DNA of 64,000 nt, from contig CAWCNJ010000008.1 in the NCBI GenBank assembly GCA_963796955.1, forward strand, positions 500,067 through 564,066. Direction: 5' to 3'. A program made the position numbers and the translations under genes. The notes beneath the pieces are model-generated. The model was not told the origin of the DNA and ran no database searches. It saw nothing but the letters and a program-made list of their open reading frames with translations. Positions within the stretch are counted from its first letter, which is position 1. Each line of letters starts with the position of its first letter. Positions 1-8,699 of the stretch are shown here, one piece after another. Source of the DNA: Endomicrobiales bacterium (GTDB lineage: Bacteria > Elusimicrobiota > Endomicrobiia > Endomicrobiales > JALOBY01).

Positions 1-1
1 G

Positions 2-502
2 ACGATAGAAATGGTTGCACAAAATTTTGAAAGGTACCGGATGCCGCTTATCTGGCTTACCGTGGGCGTCACTGGTATCGGCACTATCGCCCTGGCGTCT
101 GCCGATTATATGCAGGCCGGTGTTTATAAAGCCATTGCCCGTGACGTAGAAACCTCGGATGCAGTTCAAAATGCTCCTGGAAAAAAAATTGTGTTGGGGG
201 ATACGTTCTTCGGCTACAGCTGCTATTTGAAAGATAACGGCTGGCGTGTTATTTTTGACAGCTCTCAGGTTTCACGCGGCGATCTTTTACTCGCGTCGAT
301 GCAGTCTATTCCCAGAATATCGCGCCCCAGATGGGATCTGAAATTGAAAGAGATCGCCCATTTTACATACCGGACAAGGTATCCTTTTCGAATTATGGAC
401 TTGTACTCCAGCGCGGGCTTTTACGCCTCCTCCGGAGGGGCGCTGCCATTTTCAGTTTCGACCGGGCCTTTAGACACGTTCGTATTGTATCTGGTGATTT
501 GA
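2..502 (+). CDS. 3' part of a membrane protein, possibly a GT-C (ArnT/PMT-like) glycosyltransferase; 5'-truncated by the window
   Basis: Frame is open from the window start; one TM segment (LIWLTVGVTGIGTIALASADY) followed by an aromatic-rich soluble tail. Confidence 0.45.
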   Translation, partial: TIEMVAQNFERYRMPLIWLTVGVTGIGTIALASADYMQAGVYKAIARDVETSDAVQNAPGKKIVLGDTFFGYSCYLKDNGWRVIFDSSQVSRGDLLLASMQSIPRISRPRWDLKLKEIAHFTYRTRYPFRIMDLYSSAGFYASSGGALPFSVSTGPLDTFVLYLVI

Positions 503-558
503 CCTTATGTCTTCAATTTGGTAGTATTTGCAATAACAAATTGCACTTACGAATTGTA

Positions 559-764
559 AACAGATACTATCAAACCGGGGTGCACCCGGAAAACGTTTGA
601 ACGTTTTCCGAGTGCGGGCTAAGCTCAGTAAACTTTCAGCTCGGATAACTCGCAGTACAGATTAATGTGAACAGATACTATCAAACCGGGGTGCACCCGG
701 AAAACGTTTGAACGTTTTCCGAGTGCGGGCTAAGCTCAGTAAACTTTCAGCTCGGATAACTCGC
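559..764. repeat. Two identical 95-bp direct repeats (559-653 and 670-764, period 111 bp), each with a perfect 11-bp hairpin CGGAAAACGTT-TG-AACGTTTTCCG
   Basis: Base-by-base comparison of the two copies. Confidence 0.95.
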
Positions 765-799
765 CGCACCGTTTTATGGGAAGCTTTCGTTGTTGTTGC

Positions 800-873
800 C
801 GGGGTGTAGCTCAGTTGGCTAGAGCGCACGGTTCGGGACCGTGAGGCCGTAGGTTCAAATCCTATCACCCCGA
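800..873 (+). tRNA. tRNA-Pro (anticodon CGG), CCA not encoded
   Basis: Acceptor CGGGGTG/CACCCCG, D arm GCTC..GAGC, anticodon arm CACGG-TTCGGGA-CCGTG, T loop TTCAAAT. Confidence 0.97.
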
Positions 874-895
874 TGTTTTGGAGCTCCTCTGTGGT

Positions 896-990
896 AAGAG
901 CCGAAGGCTCTTCAATAATCGCGACATCCCCGCGTTTTGCGAGAACGCCATCCCCCGACGGAGGAGTCGGGGGAGTTCTTCGGCGGGGAT
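896..990. repeat. GC-rich nested inverted repeats (REP/MITE-like) downstream of tRNA-Pro
   Basis: AAGAGCC/GGCTCTT (896-912); ATCCCCGC (926-933)/GCGGGGAT (983-990) enclosing TCCCCCGAC/GTCGGGGGA (951-974). Confidence 0.6.
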
Positions 991-1006
991 AAACATGGAG
1001 AACTCC

Positions 1007-1285
1007 ATGAAAACGACGACCCGGGCGCATGTTATTATCAGCGGCGAGGTACAGGGCGTGGGATTCAGATATTTCGTGTCCAACGCGGCCCGCAGGTTTG
1101 ATGTGAACGGCTGGGTACGGAATGTGCCTGACGGTTCCGTAGAAGTGGAAGCTGAAGGAAACCGCGAGACGGTTTCAGAGTTCCTTGCATTTATCGAGAA
1201 AGGCAATACCTGGGCCCGTGTTGACGATATGAAGGTAACATGGCTGGAGCCGGAAGGCTATTCAGGTTTTGATATTGAACCATAA
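1007..1285 (+). CDS. acyP: Acylphosphatase
   Basis: SGEVQGVGFR and GWVRNVPDGSVE motifs; GGAG RBS before ATG 1007. Confidence 0.93.
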   Translation: MKTTTRAHVIISGEVQGVGFRYFVSNAARRFDVNGWVRNVPDGSVEVEAEGNRETVSEFLAFIEKGNTWARVDDMKVTWLEPEGYSGFDIEP

Positions 1286-1311
1286 CTTCTCTGTGAGGGG
1301 CGCGAAAGAGC

Positions 1312-2139
1312 ATGGAAAATTTTGATCCCATTCAGCTGTACTTCAAAGAAATTAAAGAGATGGGGACTCTGACACCGGAAGAGAATAAGGCCCTGTGGGC
1401 CAAAGCTTACAAGGGTGATAAAAAAGCCCGCAAACGCCTGGTGGAAGCCAACCTTCGTCTAGTAATACCTATCTCTAAAAGATATTTTCGCGCCGGCATG
1501 GACTTTCTCGATCTCATCGAAGAAGGGAACATGGGCCTTATGCGCGCCGTTGAAAAATTCAACCCTCACCGCAAGATCCATTTTTCCACGTATGCGACCT
1601 ACTGGATAGGCCAGTCGGTACGGCGCGCCGTTGAAGAACAGACAAAAACCATCCGCATACCGCCGCATATCTGGGACGGCATGAGCAAGCTGATAAAAAA
1701 ATGGAAGCCGCTGAAAGAAAAACTCGGTCGTGAGCCTACCGTGGCGGAACTTGCAAAACAGCTTGGGCTTAACAACGCCCAGGTAGAGAACCTTCAAAGC
1801 GCTTCAAAACTTTCCCAGGGCACCAGCTCGCTGGAAGCACCGATAGATGAAGAAGGTACTATACTGGTGCGCGACATCATCTCCGATAAAAAAGGCGGAA
1901 CGCCGGAGTCGGTGACAGAGTTGCTGCGGACGCAGGCAGAACTTACCCAGGCGATGGGGCATCTGCCGGAACGGGAGCAGGAGATAGTCGCGTTACGGTT
2001 CGGGCTCGGAGGGAAAAAACCTCTCTCGCTTGAAGAAGTCGGCACTAAATTAAAGCTGTCCCGTGAACGTATACGCCAGTTGGAAACACGTGCGCTGCAA
2101 CGGTTGAAATCAGCGATTATAAGATTAAAACTTTATTAA
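1312..2139 (+). CDS. RpoD/RpoS-family sigma-70 factor lacking region 1.1 (alternative sigma)
   Basis: LVEANLRLV, DLIEEGNMGLMRAVEKF, FSTYATYWI, SLEEVG..LSRERIRQLE. Confidence 0.92.
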   Translation: MENFDPIQLYFKEIKEMGTLTPEENKALWAKAYKGDKKARKRLVEANLRLVIPISKRYFRAGMDFLDLIEEGNMGLMRAVEKFNPHRKIHFSTYATYWIGQSVRRAVEEQTKTIRIPPHIWDGMSKLIKKWKPLKEKLGREPTVAELAKQLGLNNAQVENLQSASKLSQGTSSLEAPIDEEGTILVRDIISDKKGGTPESVTELLRTQAELTQAMGHLPEREQEIVALRFGLGGKKPLSLEEVGTKLKLSRERIRQLETRALQRLKSAIIRLKLY

Positions 2140-2154
2140 ATCTAAGGCGGCAAG

Positions 2155-2682
2155 ATGGTAGATACAACCCTTGAATTAAAATCCTGCATAAGAGATATTC
2201 CGGATTTTCCAAAACCTGGCATACTGTTCAAGGATATTACGACGCTGTTGTCCCACCCTGAAATGTTCAAACTGGCGATAGACGGCATCGCGGACCATTA
2301 CGTCGGAAAAGGCATTCAAAAAGTAGTAGGTATTGAATCGCGGGGATTTATTTTCGGCGCCCCGGTTGCCTACAAGCTGAACGCTGGGATAGTGCCCATA
2401 CGAAAAAAAGGCAAGCTGCCGTACAAGATAATTTCGGCGGAATGCACACTTGAATACGGCACCGACACCCTGCAGATGCACGAAGATGCTATTATTCCCG
2501 GCGAAAAAGTATTGATCGTTGACGATCTTCTAGCAACCGGCGGAACCGTAACAGCCGCGATCGAGCTGGCGAAAAGACTTGGCGCGGATATAATAGGCGC
2601 CGCCTTCATTATAGAGCTTGGTTTTCTAAAAGGCCGCGAGAAACTTTCCGGCACAGACATATTTTCACTCATAACGTATTAA
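2155..2682 (+). CDS. apt: Adenine phosphoribosyltransferase
   Basis: IPDFPKPGILFKDIT, ESRGF, LEYG, VDDLLATGGT. Confidence 0.97.
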   Translation: MVDTTLELKSCIRDIPDFPKPGILFKDITTLLSHPEMFKLAIDGIADHYVGKGIQKVVGIESRGFIFGAPVAYKLNAGIVPIRKKGKLPYKIISAECTLEYGTDTLQMHEDAIIPGEKVLIVDDLLATGGTVTAAIELAKRLGADIIGAAFIIELGFLKGREKLSGTDIFSLITY

Positions 2683-2691
2683 ACCTTATAT

Positions 2692-2765
2692 GCCCTGGTA
2701 GCTCAACTGGATAGAGCAGATCCGTCCTAAGGATAAGGTTGGAGGTTCAAGTCCTCTCTAGGGCG
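2692..2765 (+). tRNA. tRNA-Arg (anticodon CCT), CCA not encoded
   Basis: Acceptor GCCCTGG/CTAGGGC, D arm GCTC-AACTGGATA-GAGC, anticodon loop GT-CCT-AA, T arm GGAGG-TTCAAGT-CCTCT. Confidence 0.9.
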
Positions 2766-2917
2766 CGCCCGAGCGTTATGGCGCACTGTTTGTGCGACAG
2801 CGACAAAGTCCCGCTGTTGTAGTTGGGGGACCAGAACATGTATGACCCGCCGATGTAGTTTAGCGGCGGGGCAGCGGAGGGAGTCCCCGAAGGGGGCGAA
2901 CGACCACTGGGAAGTTT

Positions 2918-3556
2918 ATGATAGACCTACACACCCACTCATTATTCTCCGACGGGGTTCTGATCCCCTCAGAACTTGTTTACCGTGCAAAGGTCGCCGG
3001 CTACACGGCTATCGGCCTTACCGATCACGGCGATTTTTCCACATTCGACTATGCAATTCCACGTTTAAAAAAAGTTGCAAAAACACTCTCAAAAGCTTAT
3101 GACATAATAATAGTACCGGGCGTAGAAATTACCTATGTTCCACCGGCCCAGCTTGCCTCGGCAGTCAAAGTGTGCCGCAGGCTGGGAGCACAGTTGATCG
3201 TTGTCCACGGCGAAACACCCGCTGAAACGGTTCCGCCCGGAACAAACCATGCCGCTATTATGGCCGGCGCTGACATTTTGGCGCACCCCGGTTTTATCGA
3301 CGATGAGGATGTTCAACTGGCAAAAAAGCTAGGTGTCTATCTTGAAATAACAACCCGGAATGGACATAATAAAGGCAATCCCCATGTCGCAAAGCTGGCA
3401 AAGAAATACGGGACGAAACTCGTTTTGAATACGGACACGCATAAGCCGGAGAACCTGATGACGATGGAACTGGCCTATGCGACGCTGGCAGCCTGCGGTA
3501 TGGTAAAAAACGATTATGAGACAATGCAGCGAAACGCCAAGGAGCTACTTACATGA
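2918..3556 (+). CDS. PHP-domain phosphoesterase (histidinol-phosphatase-like)
   Basis: DLHTHS..SDG, TDH, GVE, VHGE, AHP, TDTH metal motifs. Confidence 0.9.
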   Translation: MIDLHTHSLFSDGVLIPSELVYRAKVAGYTAIGLTDHGDFSTFDYAIPRLKKVAKTLSKAYDIIIVPGVEITYVPPAQLASAVKVCRRLGAQLIVVHGETPAETVPPGTNHAAIMAGADILAHPGFIDDEDVQLAKKLGVYLEITTRNGHNKGNPHVAKLAKKYGTKLVLNTDTHKPENLMTMELAYATLAACGMVKNDYETMQRNAKELLT

Positions 3557-4230
3557 CCAATGATATGTCACGCCACGAACTGAATAAGAACAACCTTGCC
3601 GAATACATGGACGGCAGTATAGAATGGGCAATGAACAACCGAAACACTTTTTACGCCGTAGCGGGCGCAATAGTCGGTTTAATAATATTCGGCATATTTT
3701 TCTTCAGCCGGCTGCAGGAAGCCCGTTTGCGCAACGAAGAGAAATTATCTATGGCCCAATATATGGTTCGCAGTAACGATGCTTCTCAAGTGGGCCAGGG
3801 TATGGGCACGCTCGCTGAAGTAATACGCGCCGATGCGAATTCCTCAACCGGTATCCGGGCGGCCATCACCAAAGCCAATGCGCTCTCGGCCCAGCAAAAT
3901 TATAACGACGCAGAAGCGACGCTACAAGAAGTCCTCAACACCGGCAAGGGGGATAAAAGGCTTCTCCCGCTCGCCAGTTCAGTACTTGGAATATTGTATG
4001 AAAATACGGGAAAATACCAACAGGCTATTGATGTTTATAACAAATGCCTTGCAAAATTCCCTAATAGTTTTTTGTCACCGCGTATCTATGAATCTCTCGC
4101 GAGGGTGCAGGAGCTCTCCGGCAAGGCACAGGAAGCAAAGGGGACTTACGAAAGAATAATCACCTTGTACCCTGCGTCTGCATGGGCAGCCAACGCACAG
4201 GAACGAATAATTAATATTTCCGGAAAATAA
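3553..4230 (+). CDS. Membrane-anchored TPR protein (YfgM-like)
   Basis: Single N-terminal TM, then TPR-like helices (YQQAIDVY..FPNS, YERIITLYPAS). Confidence 0.75.
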   Translation: MTNDMSRHELNKNNLAEYMDGSIEWAMNNRNTFYAVAGAIVGLIIFGIFFFSRLQEARLRNEEKLSMAQYMVRSNDASQVGQGMGTLAEVIRADANSSTGIRAAITKANALSAQQNYNDAEATLQEVLNTGKGDKRLLPLASSVLGILYENTGKYQQAIDVYNKCLAKFPNSFLSPRIYESLARVQELSGKAQEAKGTYERIITLYPASAWAANAQERIINISGK

Positions 4231-4234
4231 CTTG

Positions 4235-5602
4235 ATGAAAAAACACTTACGTCGCGCAGCCGCTCTCGGCATATTAGTACTTGCTGCTACCGGTACCAGG
4301 AACGTCTGGGCATCTTCTCTGGATATAGAAACCGACTATCGCCTGCGCGGTGTAACCTTTTCGAACACGCATTTTGATTCCACTGTCAGCACCGATTCTT
4401 TCAGCTATTATTCGCAAAGACTTCAGTTATCGGTAAAGGGTAACTTCGTTCCGGATATCGAAATAGGTACAAAATTGACCGCGCTGGGCGTCGCGGGGTC
4501 CACTTCAACTTTCATTCCGGTGGGCTATCCTAATACGGATATGCAGCCATTCATTGAGACAGCGTACGTTAAGATCACCAATTTCGCGGAACAGCCGGTC
4601 GATGTGACGATCGGCAAGCAGAACATCGGGATCGGCAACGGCATGATCTTTGATGACAACGGTATCGGTTTCACCGGTTTCAAGCTGCACGGCCGTTATG
4701 ATTGGCGGCTGCCGCTGGACACGACGCTCTTTTCCTACAAGGTAGCAGAAAATTTTAAACCGAACACGGATAAAGACATTTTCGGGATCACGGAAGGCAC
4801 AACCTGGAAGGAACAGTTGATAGAATTAAGTTATTTCCAGCAGCAGGATTTTTCCGGTGCCCTGTATACGAAGGGTCAGCCTTCTTCACAAGATCCGAAC
4901 CTTACGCACAGCATGCTTACCAGCCGGATCGTGAAAACTTTTATTGACCTGCACCTGAACCATGAAGAAAAGATCTCGGGCTACGACTTTGAGATAGCCA
5001 AACAAGGCGGTGTAGCATCCGCTCTTCTGAGCGATACACAGATACCGTTCGACAGCCTGGGTTACGTGATCAGCGGTAAATTGATAGGGGAAAAAACGAA
5101 ACTCGGCAAAGTTAAGGCGATGGCTGCCTTCGCGTATGCCTCCGGTGATGATAATCTTGGCCTTTCGGGAACAGACAAATCTTTTTCACCGGATATGTGC
5201 CGGCGCTATGACGGCCTCGAGCGCGCGGGCTACGGCGAGCTGCAGGCGGCAACACCGACCGATCTGTTCCTGCCGGCGCCATCTGCCTATTCCGGCATTA
5301 ATACGCTCACGATCGGCGCGGATTTCACACCGCTCTATGCGTGGACCTTCGGCGTAACCTACTATCTCTATTCGGCCTCGCAGGGTCCTAAAGGCGCACC
5401 CGAGGCATCCGGGCTTGAAAGATTATTCAACGCTGAGTTTTCACTGGGGGAAGAGCTGGACTTGACGATAAAATTTGAATACTCAAAATATTGCGAAATA
5501 CGTTACTCATTCAACCGCTACACACCGCCGACATTTACCGCCTTCTGGCCGAAGAACGACCCTGCCACCCGCATGCAGTTGGAAGTAGGAACGCATTTCT
5601 AA
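4235..5602 (+). CDS. Outer-membrane beta-barrel (alginate-export-like)
   Basis: Signal peptide, YRLRG N-terminal strand, IGKQNI..GNG motif, C-terminal Phe. Confidence 0.65.
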   Translation: MKKHLRRAAALGILVLAATGTRNVWASSLDIETDYRLRGVTFSNTHFDSTVSTDSFSYYSQRLQLSVKGNFVPDIEIGTKLTALGVAGSTSTFIPVGYPNTDMQPFIETAYVKITNFAEQPVDVTIGKQNIGIGNGMIFDDNGIGFTGFKLHGRYDWRLPLDTTLFSYKVAENFKPNTDKDIFGITEGTTWKEQLIELSYFQQQDFSGALYTKGQPSSQDPNLTHSMLTSRIVKTFIDLHLNHEEKISGYDFEIAKQGGVASALLSDTQIPFDSLGYVISGKLIGEKTKLGKVKAMAAFAYASGDDNLGLSGTDKSFSPDMCRRYDGLERAGYGELQAATPTDLFLPAPSAYSGINTLTIGADFTPLYAWTFGVTYYLYSASQGPKGAPEASGLERLFNAEFSLGEELDLTIKFEYSKYCEIRYSFNRYTPPTFTAFWPKNDPATRMQLEVGTHF

Positions 5603-5614
5603 GAGAGACATTCC

Positions 5615-7792
5615 ATGAAAAAATTACACATAGCCTTTTTGTGGCACCAGCATCAGCCGATGTACAAGAACCCTTCGACCGGGATCTATGAATTACCCTG
5701 GGTACGGCTGCACGCGACCAAAGACTATTATGATACCATTGCTATACTTGATGAGTTCCCGAAAATAAGATCGAATTTCAATTTCGTGCCTTCACTGCTG
5801 ATGCAGTTGGAAGACTACGCGAGCGGAAAAGCGCACGACAAATTCCTTGATCTTACCCTGAAGAATGCCGAAGATCTGAGCCAGGAAGACAAGATCTTTA
5901 TATTGTTCAATTTTTTTATGGCGAATTGGGACACGATGGTGCACCCATACCCCCGGTACAGCCAGCTGCTGGAAAAACGCGGCAGGACAACTTCCAAAGA
6001 TGAGTTGAAAAGAACGCAGGGATATTTTAAAGCCGCGGAGATGCGCGATCTGCAGGTATGGTTCAATCTCTCCTGGATGGACCCGTATTGGAAAGAGCAC
6101 GACCCGTTCATACAGCAACTGTGTGAAAAGGGGAAGAACTTCACCGAAGAAGACAAACAAACCCTGGTAAAAAAACAGCTTGAAATTTGCGGCATGGTCG
6201 TCTCTAAAGCGCGGGAGGTGCAGGACCGCGGGCAGATAGAAGTTTCAACGACACCTTTTTATCACCCCATACTTCCCCTGTTGTGCGATACCAACAACGC
6301 CTTGATCGCATCGCCCCACATGACCCTGCCGAAAAAACGCTTTCAGCATTGCGACGACGCCCGCCATCAGGTGGAAAAAGCGGTCGCGATGTACACAAAA
6401 CATTTTGGGAAAGCACCGCGCGGCATGTGGCCCGCCGAGGGCTCTGTCGCTGAAGAGATAGTACCGGTCTTCGCGAGCTCTGGTGTCAATTGGATAGCCA
6501 CCGATCAGGACGTTCTTTTTCATACTCTAGGCAACGCGGATCATTATTGCACGCAGTTGTATCAGCCCTATAACGTTAACATTCTTGACCACAGCATTAA
6601 AATGGTGTTTCGCGATCACGCCCTCTCAGATTCGATCGGTTTTGTGTACGCTCGTTGGGATCCACATGCCGCCGCTTCCGATTTCATGCGCAAACTCCAC
6701 GGGATACGCTCTTCTCTGGCGCACGCTCAGGGCGAGCACCTGGTAACGATAATACTGGACGGCGAAAACTGCTGGGAATATTATAAAAATGACGGCTGGG
6801 ATTTTTTACGCGCCCTCTACAGCGCTATCAGCAACGACCCGTGCATTGAGACCGTAACAATAAGCGACTATCTTGAGCGCAACCCGCCAAAGGAAACACT
6901 GCACCGGCTGTGGGCCGGTTCCTGGATAAACGGGAATTTTAACATCTGGATAGGTCACCCGGAAGACAATACTGCCTGGGAGTATCTTGCCGATACACGC
7001 AAGTTCCTGGCCGATTATGTAAATAACAACCTTGATAAGAAGGATACCCCGAACGTATTGGCGGCCTGGGAACGCATATTCATAGCTGAAGGCTCGGACT
7101 GGAACTGGTGGTACGGCGATGATCATTCATCTGATAATGATGAGATGTTTGACCTGCTTTTCCGCCAAAACCTGATAAATGTCTATGAACTGCTGGGTGC
7201 CAAGATACCGGCCAACCTGTATAAACCTATTAAAGGCCTGCTTAAAAAGAAGCCGACCCTTGAACCCGTTGACTTTATCACACCCAAAATAGATGGTAAG
7301 GTAAGCAGCTACTTTGAATGGCTGGCGGCCGGCTACTACGAAGTAGGCCATACCGGTGGCTCAATGCACCAGGTGGACACCCTTTTAAGAGCATTTTATT
7401 ACGGCTTTGACCTTAACAACATCTACCTGCGCCTGGATCTGACCATTCCCCTGGCCAGCGAATTGATCAAAGATATCTGCATTAAACTCAACTTTTTGAC
7501 CCCGGCAGGGCATGAAGCGATAGTCTGTTTTGAGGCAGGGGGGAATCTGAAAGAATTTATACTAAGAACCCCCTCCGGCTTTGAAAACCTTAAGACCGCG
7601 GCTGCCCAGAAGATCATAGAGATAGCGATCCCGCTGGCAAAGATGGAGCTTCCTCAAGATCCCTCAGCTCAGATAGAGTTCGTTATAGCCATCCTTAAAA
7701 ATGGTTCAGAAGTTGAACGCTGGCCCAATGAAAGTACGGTTTCCTTCCCCATACCCAGCGAGGAATATAAGCTCCGGAGCTGGTCAGTCTGA
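5615..7792 (+). CDS. Glycoside hydrolase family 57 (amylopullulanase/alpha-amylase-like)
   Basis: LWHQHQP, TPFYHPILPL, GMWPAEG, ILDGENCWE, AEGSDWNWW. Confidence 0.93.
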   Translation: MKKLHIAFLWHQHQPMYKNPSTGIYELPWVRLHATKDYYDTIAILDEFPKIRSNFNFVPSLLMQLEDYASGKAHDKFLDLTLKNAEDLSQEDKIFILFNFFMANWDTMVHPYPRYSQLLEKRGRTTSKDELKRTQGYFKAAEMRDLQVWFNLSWMDPYWKEHDPFIQQLCEKGKNFTEEDKQTLVKKQLEICGMVVSKAREVQDRGQIEVSTTPFYHPILPLLCDTNNALIASPHMTLPKKRFQHCDDARHQVEKAVAMYTKHFGKAPRGMWPAEGSVAEEIVPVFASSGVNWIATDQDVLFHTLGNADHYCTQLYQPYNVNILDHSIKMVFRDHALSDSIGFVYARWDPHAAASDFMRKLHGIRSSLAHAQGEHLVTIILDGENCWEYYKNDGWDFLRALYSAISNDPCIETVTISDYLERNPPKETLHRLWAGSWINGNFNIWIGHPEDNTAWEYLADTRKFLADYVNNNLDKKDTPNVLAAWERIFIAEGSDWNWWYGDDHSSDNDEMFDLLFRQNLINVYELLGAKIPANLYKPIKGLLKKKPTLEPVDFITPKIDGKVSSYFEWLAAGYYEVGHTGGSMHQVDTLLRAFYYGFDLNNIYLRLDLTIPLASELIKDICIKLNFLTPAGHEAIVCFEAGGNLKEFILRTPSGFENLKTAAAQKIIEIAIPLAKMELPQDPSAQIEFVIAILKNGSEVERWPNESTVSFPIPSEEYKLRSWSV

Positions 7793-7991
7793 AAAACGGC
7801 GGACAATACGCAAGTTAGGCAGTAGGCAATAGTAAACCAACGACAACGAATTGTCAACCTTAAAAAACTCTCGTTGTCATGCGAAATTTATTTCTCTATC
7901 ACTCCGCAACACGCTCCGTCAAAAACCTCAAAATACGCCTTATTGACGTCTTAAATCGACCGTCAGATACCTCAAAATCAATACGGTATTT

Positions 7992-8019
7992 GGTTCCGAT
8001 AAGTTATGTTATGTTAAGT
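7992..8019 (+). other. dif: dif site (XerCD chromosome dimer resolution)
   Basis: GGTTCCGATAA-GTTATG-TTATGTTAAGT compared with E. coli GGTGCGCATAA-TGTATA-TTATGTTAAAT; lies in a non-coding AT-rich gap where gene orientation converges. Confidence 0.88.
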
Positions 8020-8373
8020 TAACGCTATATACGGCCATTGGCAACCAAACTACAACTATTGTCATATATATCACGCATGTCCTCGAAAATATTGAATTAA
8101 CGAACCAAACTTAATATTTTACTTTAACTTATTATTATTATCACTCAAATTCGGCTATTTATTCGTAACTTTCCTTCCTGTTTATTTTTATCAGAATTAT
8201 GGACTTTATAAATTGAGCTACTTCACTGGATGCAGATCACAGAAACTACTCCAAATTTTGGCAAAACATAGAATTTATGAATCGCGCAAAACAGGCCAGA
8301 TGTAAACCTGCTATAAGTTTAATGGTTTACAATAGGACCACAAAAACAGAGGGTTTGAGCAAGAACTTAGAAA

Positions 8374-8697
8374 CTAGGATTTGGTTGAAACTGGGGAGGA
8401 GGAGGGTGAAACCTGCGGAGAGCCGGGATCGCGAACAACGATACTGAGACCCATAAGAGCATAGCCGCCCAGGATAAGGAACGGTGACAAATTAGCCGCC
8501 CAATTCTGGCCAAAAGGGTCAGCCAGGGTAAGCACATAATACCCCAGGCAGGCCGTAATGATACCAAAAATAAGCACCTTTTTCCCAACTCGGGACAGGG
8601 AAAAAACAGGTTTAACTGCAGCCGCAGGGGCAGAAACCCTTGAAGGACTTTTTTGCTGGATGGCTGAACGGGATAAACGTGACCTTTTGTTTTTCAT
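8374..8697 (-). CDS. Small 2-TM membrane protein
   Basis: Two hydrophobic segments, SPFLILGGY motif; starts 2 nt after the truA stop. Confidence 0.55.
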   Translation of the reverse strand: MKNKRSRLSRSAIQQKSPSRVSAPAAAVKPVFSLSRVGKKVLIFGIITACLGYYVLTLADPFGQNWAANLSPFLILGGYALMGLSIVVRDPGSPQVSPSSSPVSTKS

Positions 8698-8699
8698 AG

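Noticed and set aside
559..764. CRISPR array
   Set aside because: Only two units, a 95-bp repeat with a 16-bp gap, and no cas genes
559..764. Tandem c-di-GMP-I riboswitch (CAAA-stem, GGGCTAA resemblance)
   Set aside because: No GNRA loop or GACGCAAAG core, and the downstream gene is a tRNA; needs cmscan
662..1030. 122-aa minus-strand ORF and the N-terminal extension of acyP from 878
   Set aside because: They overlap the tRNA and palindromic repeats; acyP has a good RBS at 1007
7793..8373. oriC
   Set aside because: No DnaA-box cluster seen; genes converge rather than diverge; a dif site is present
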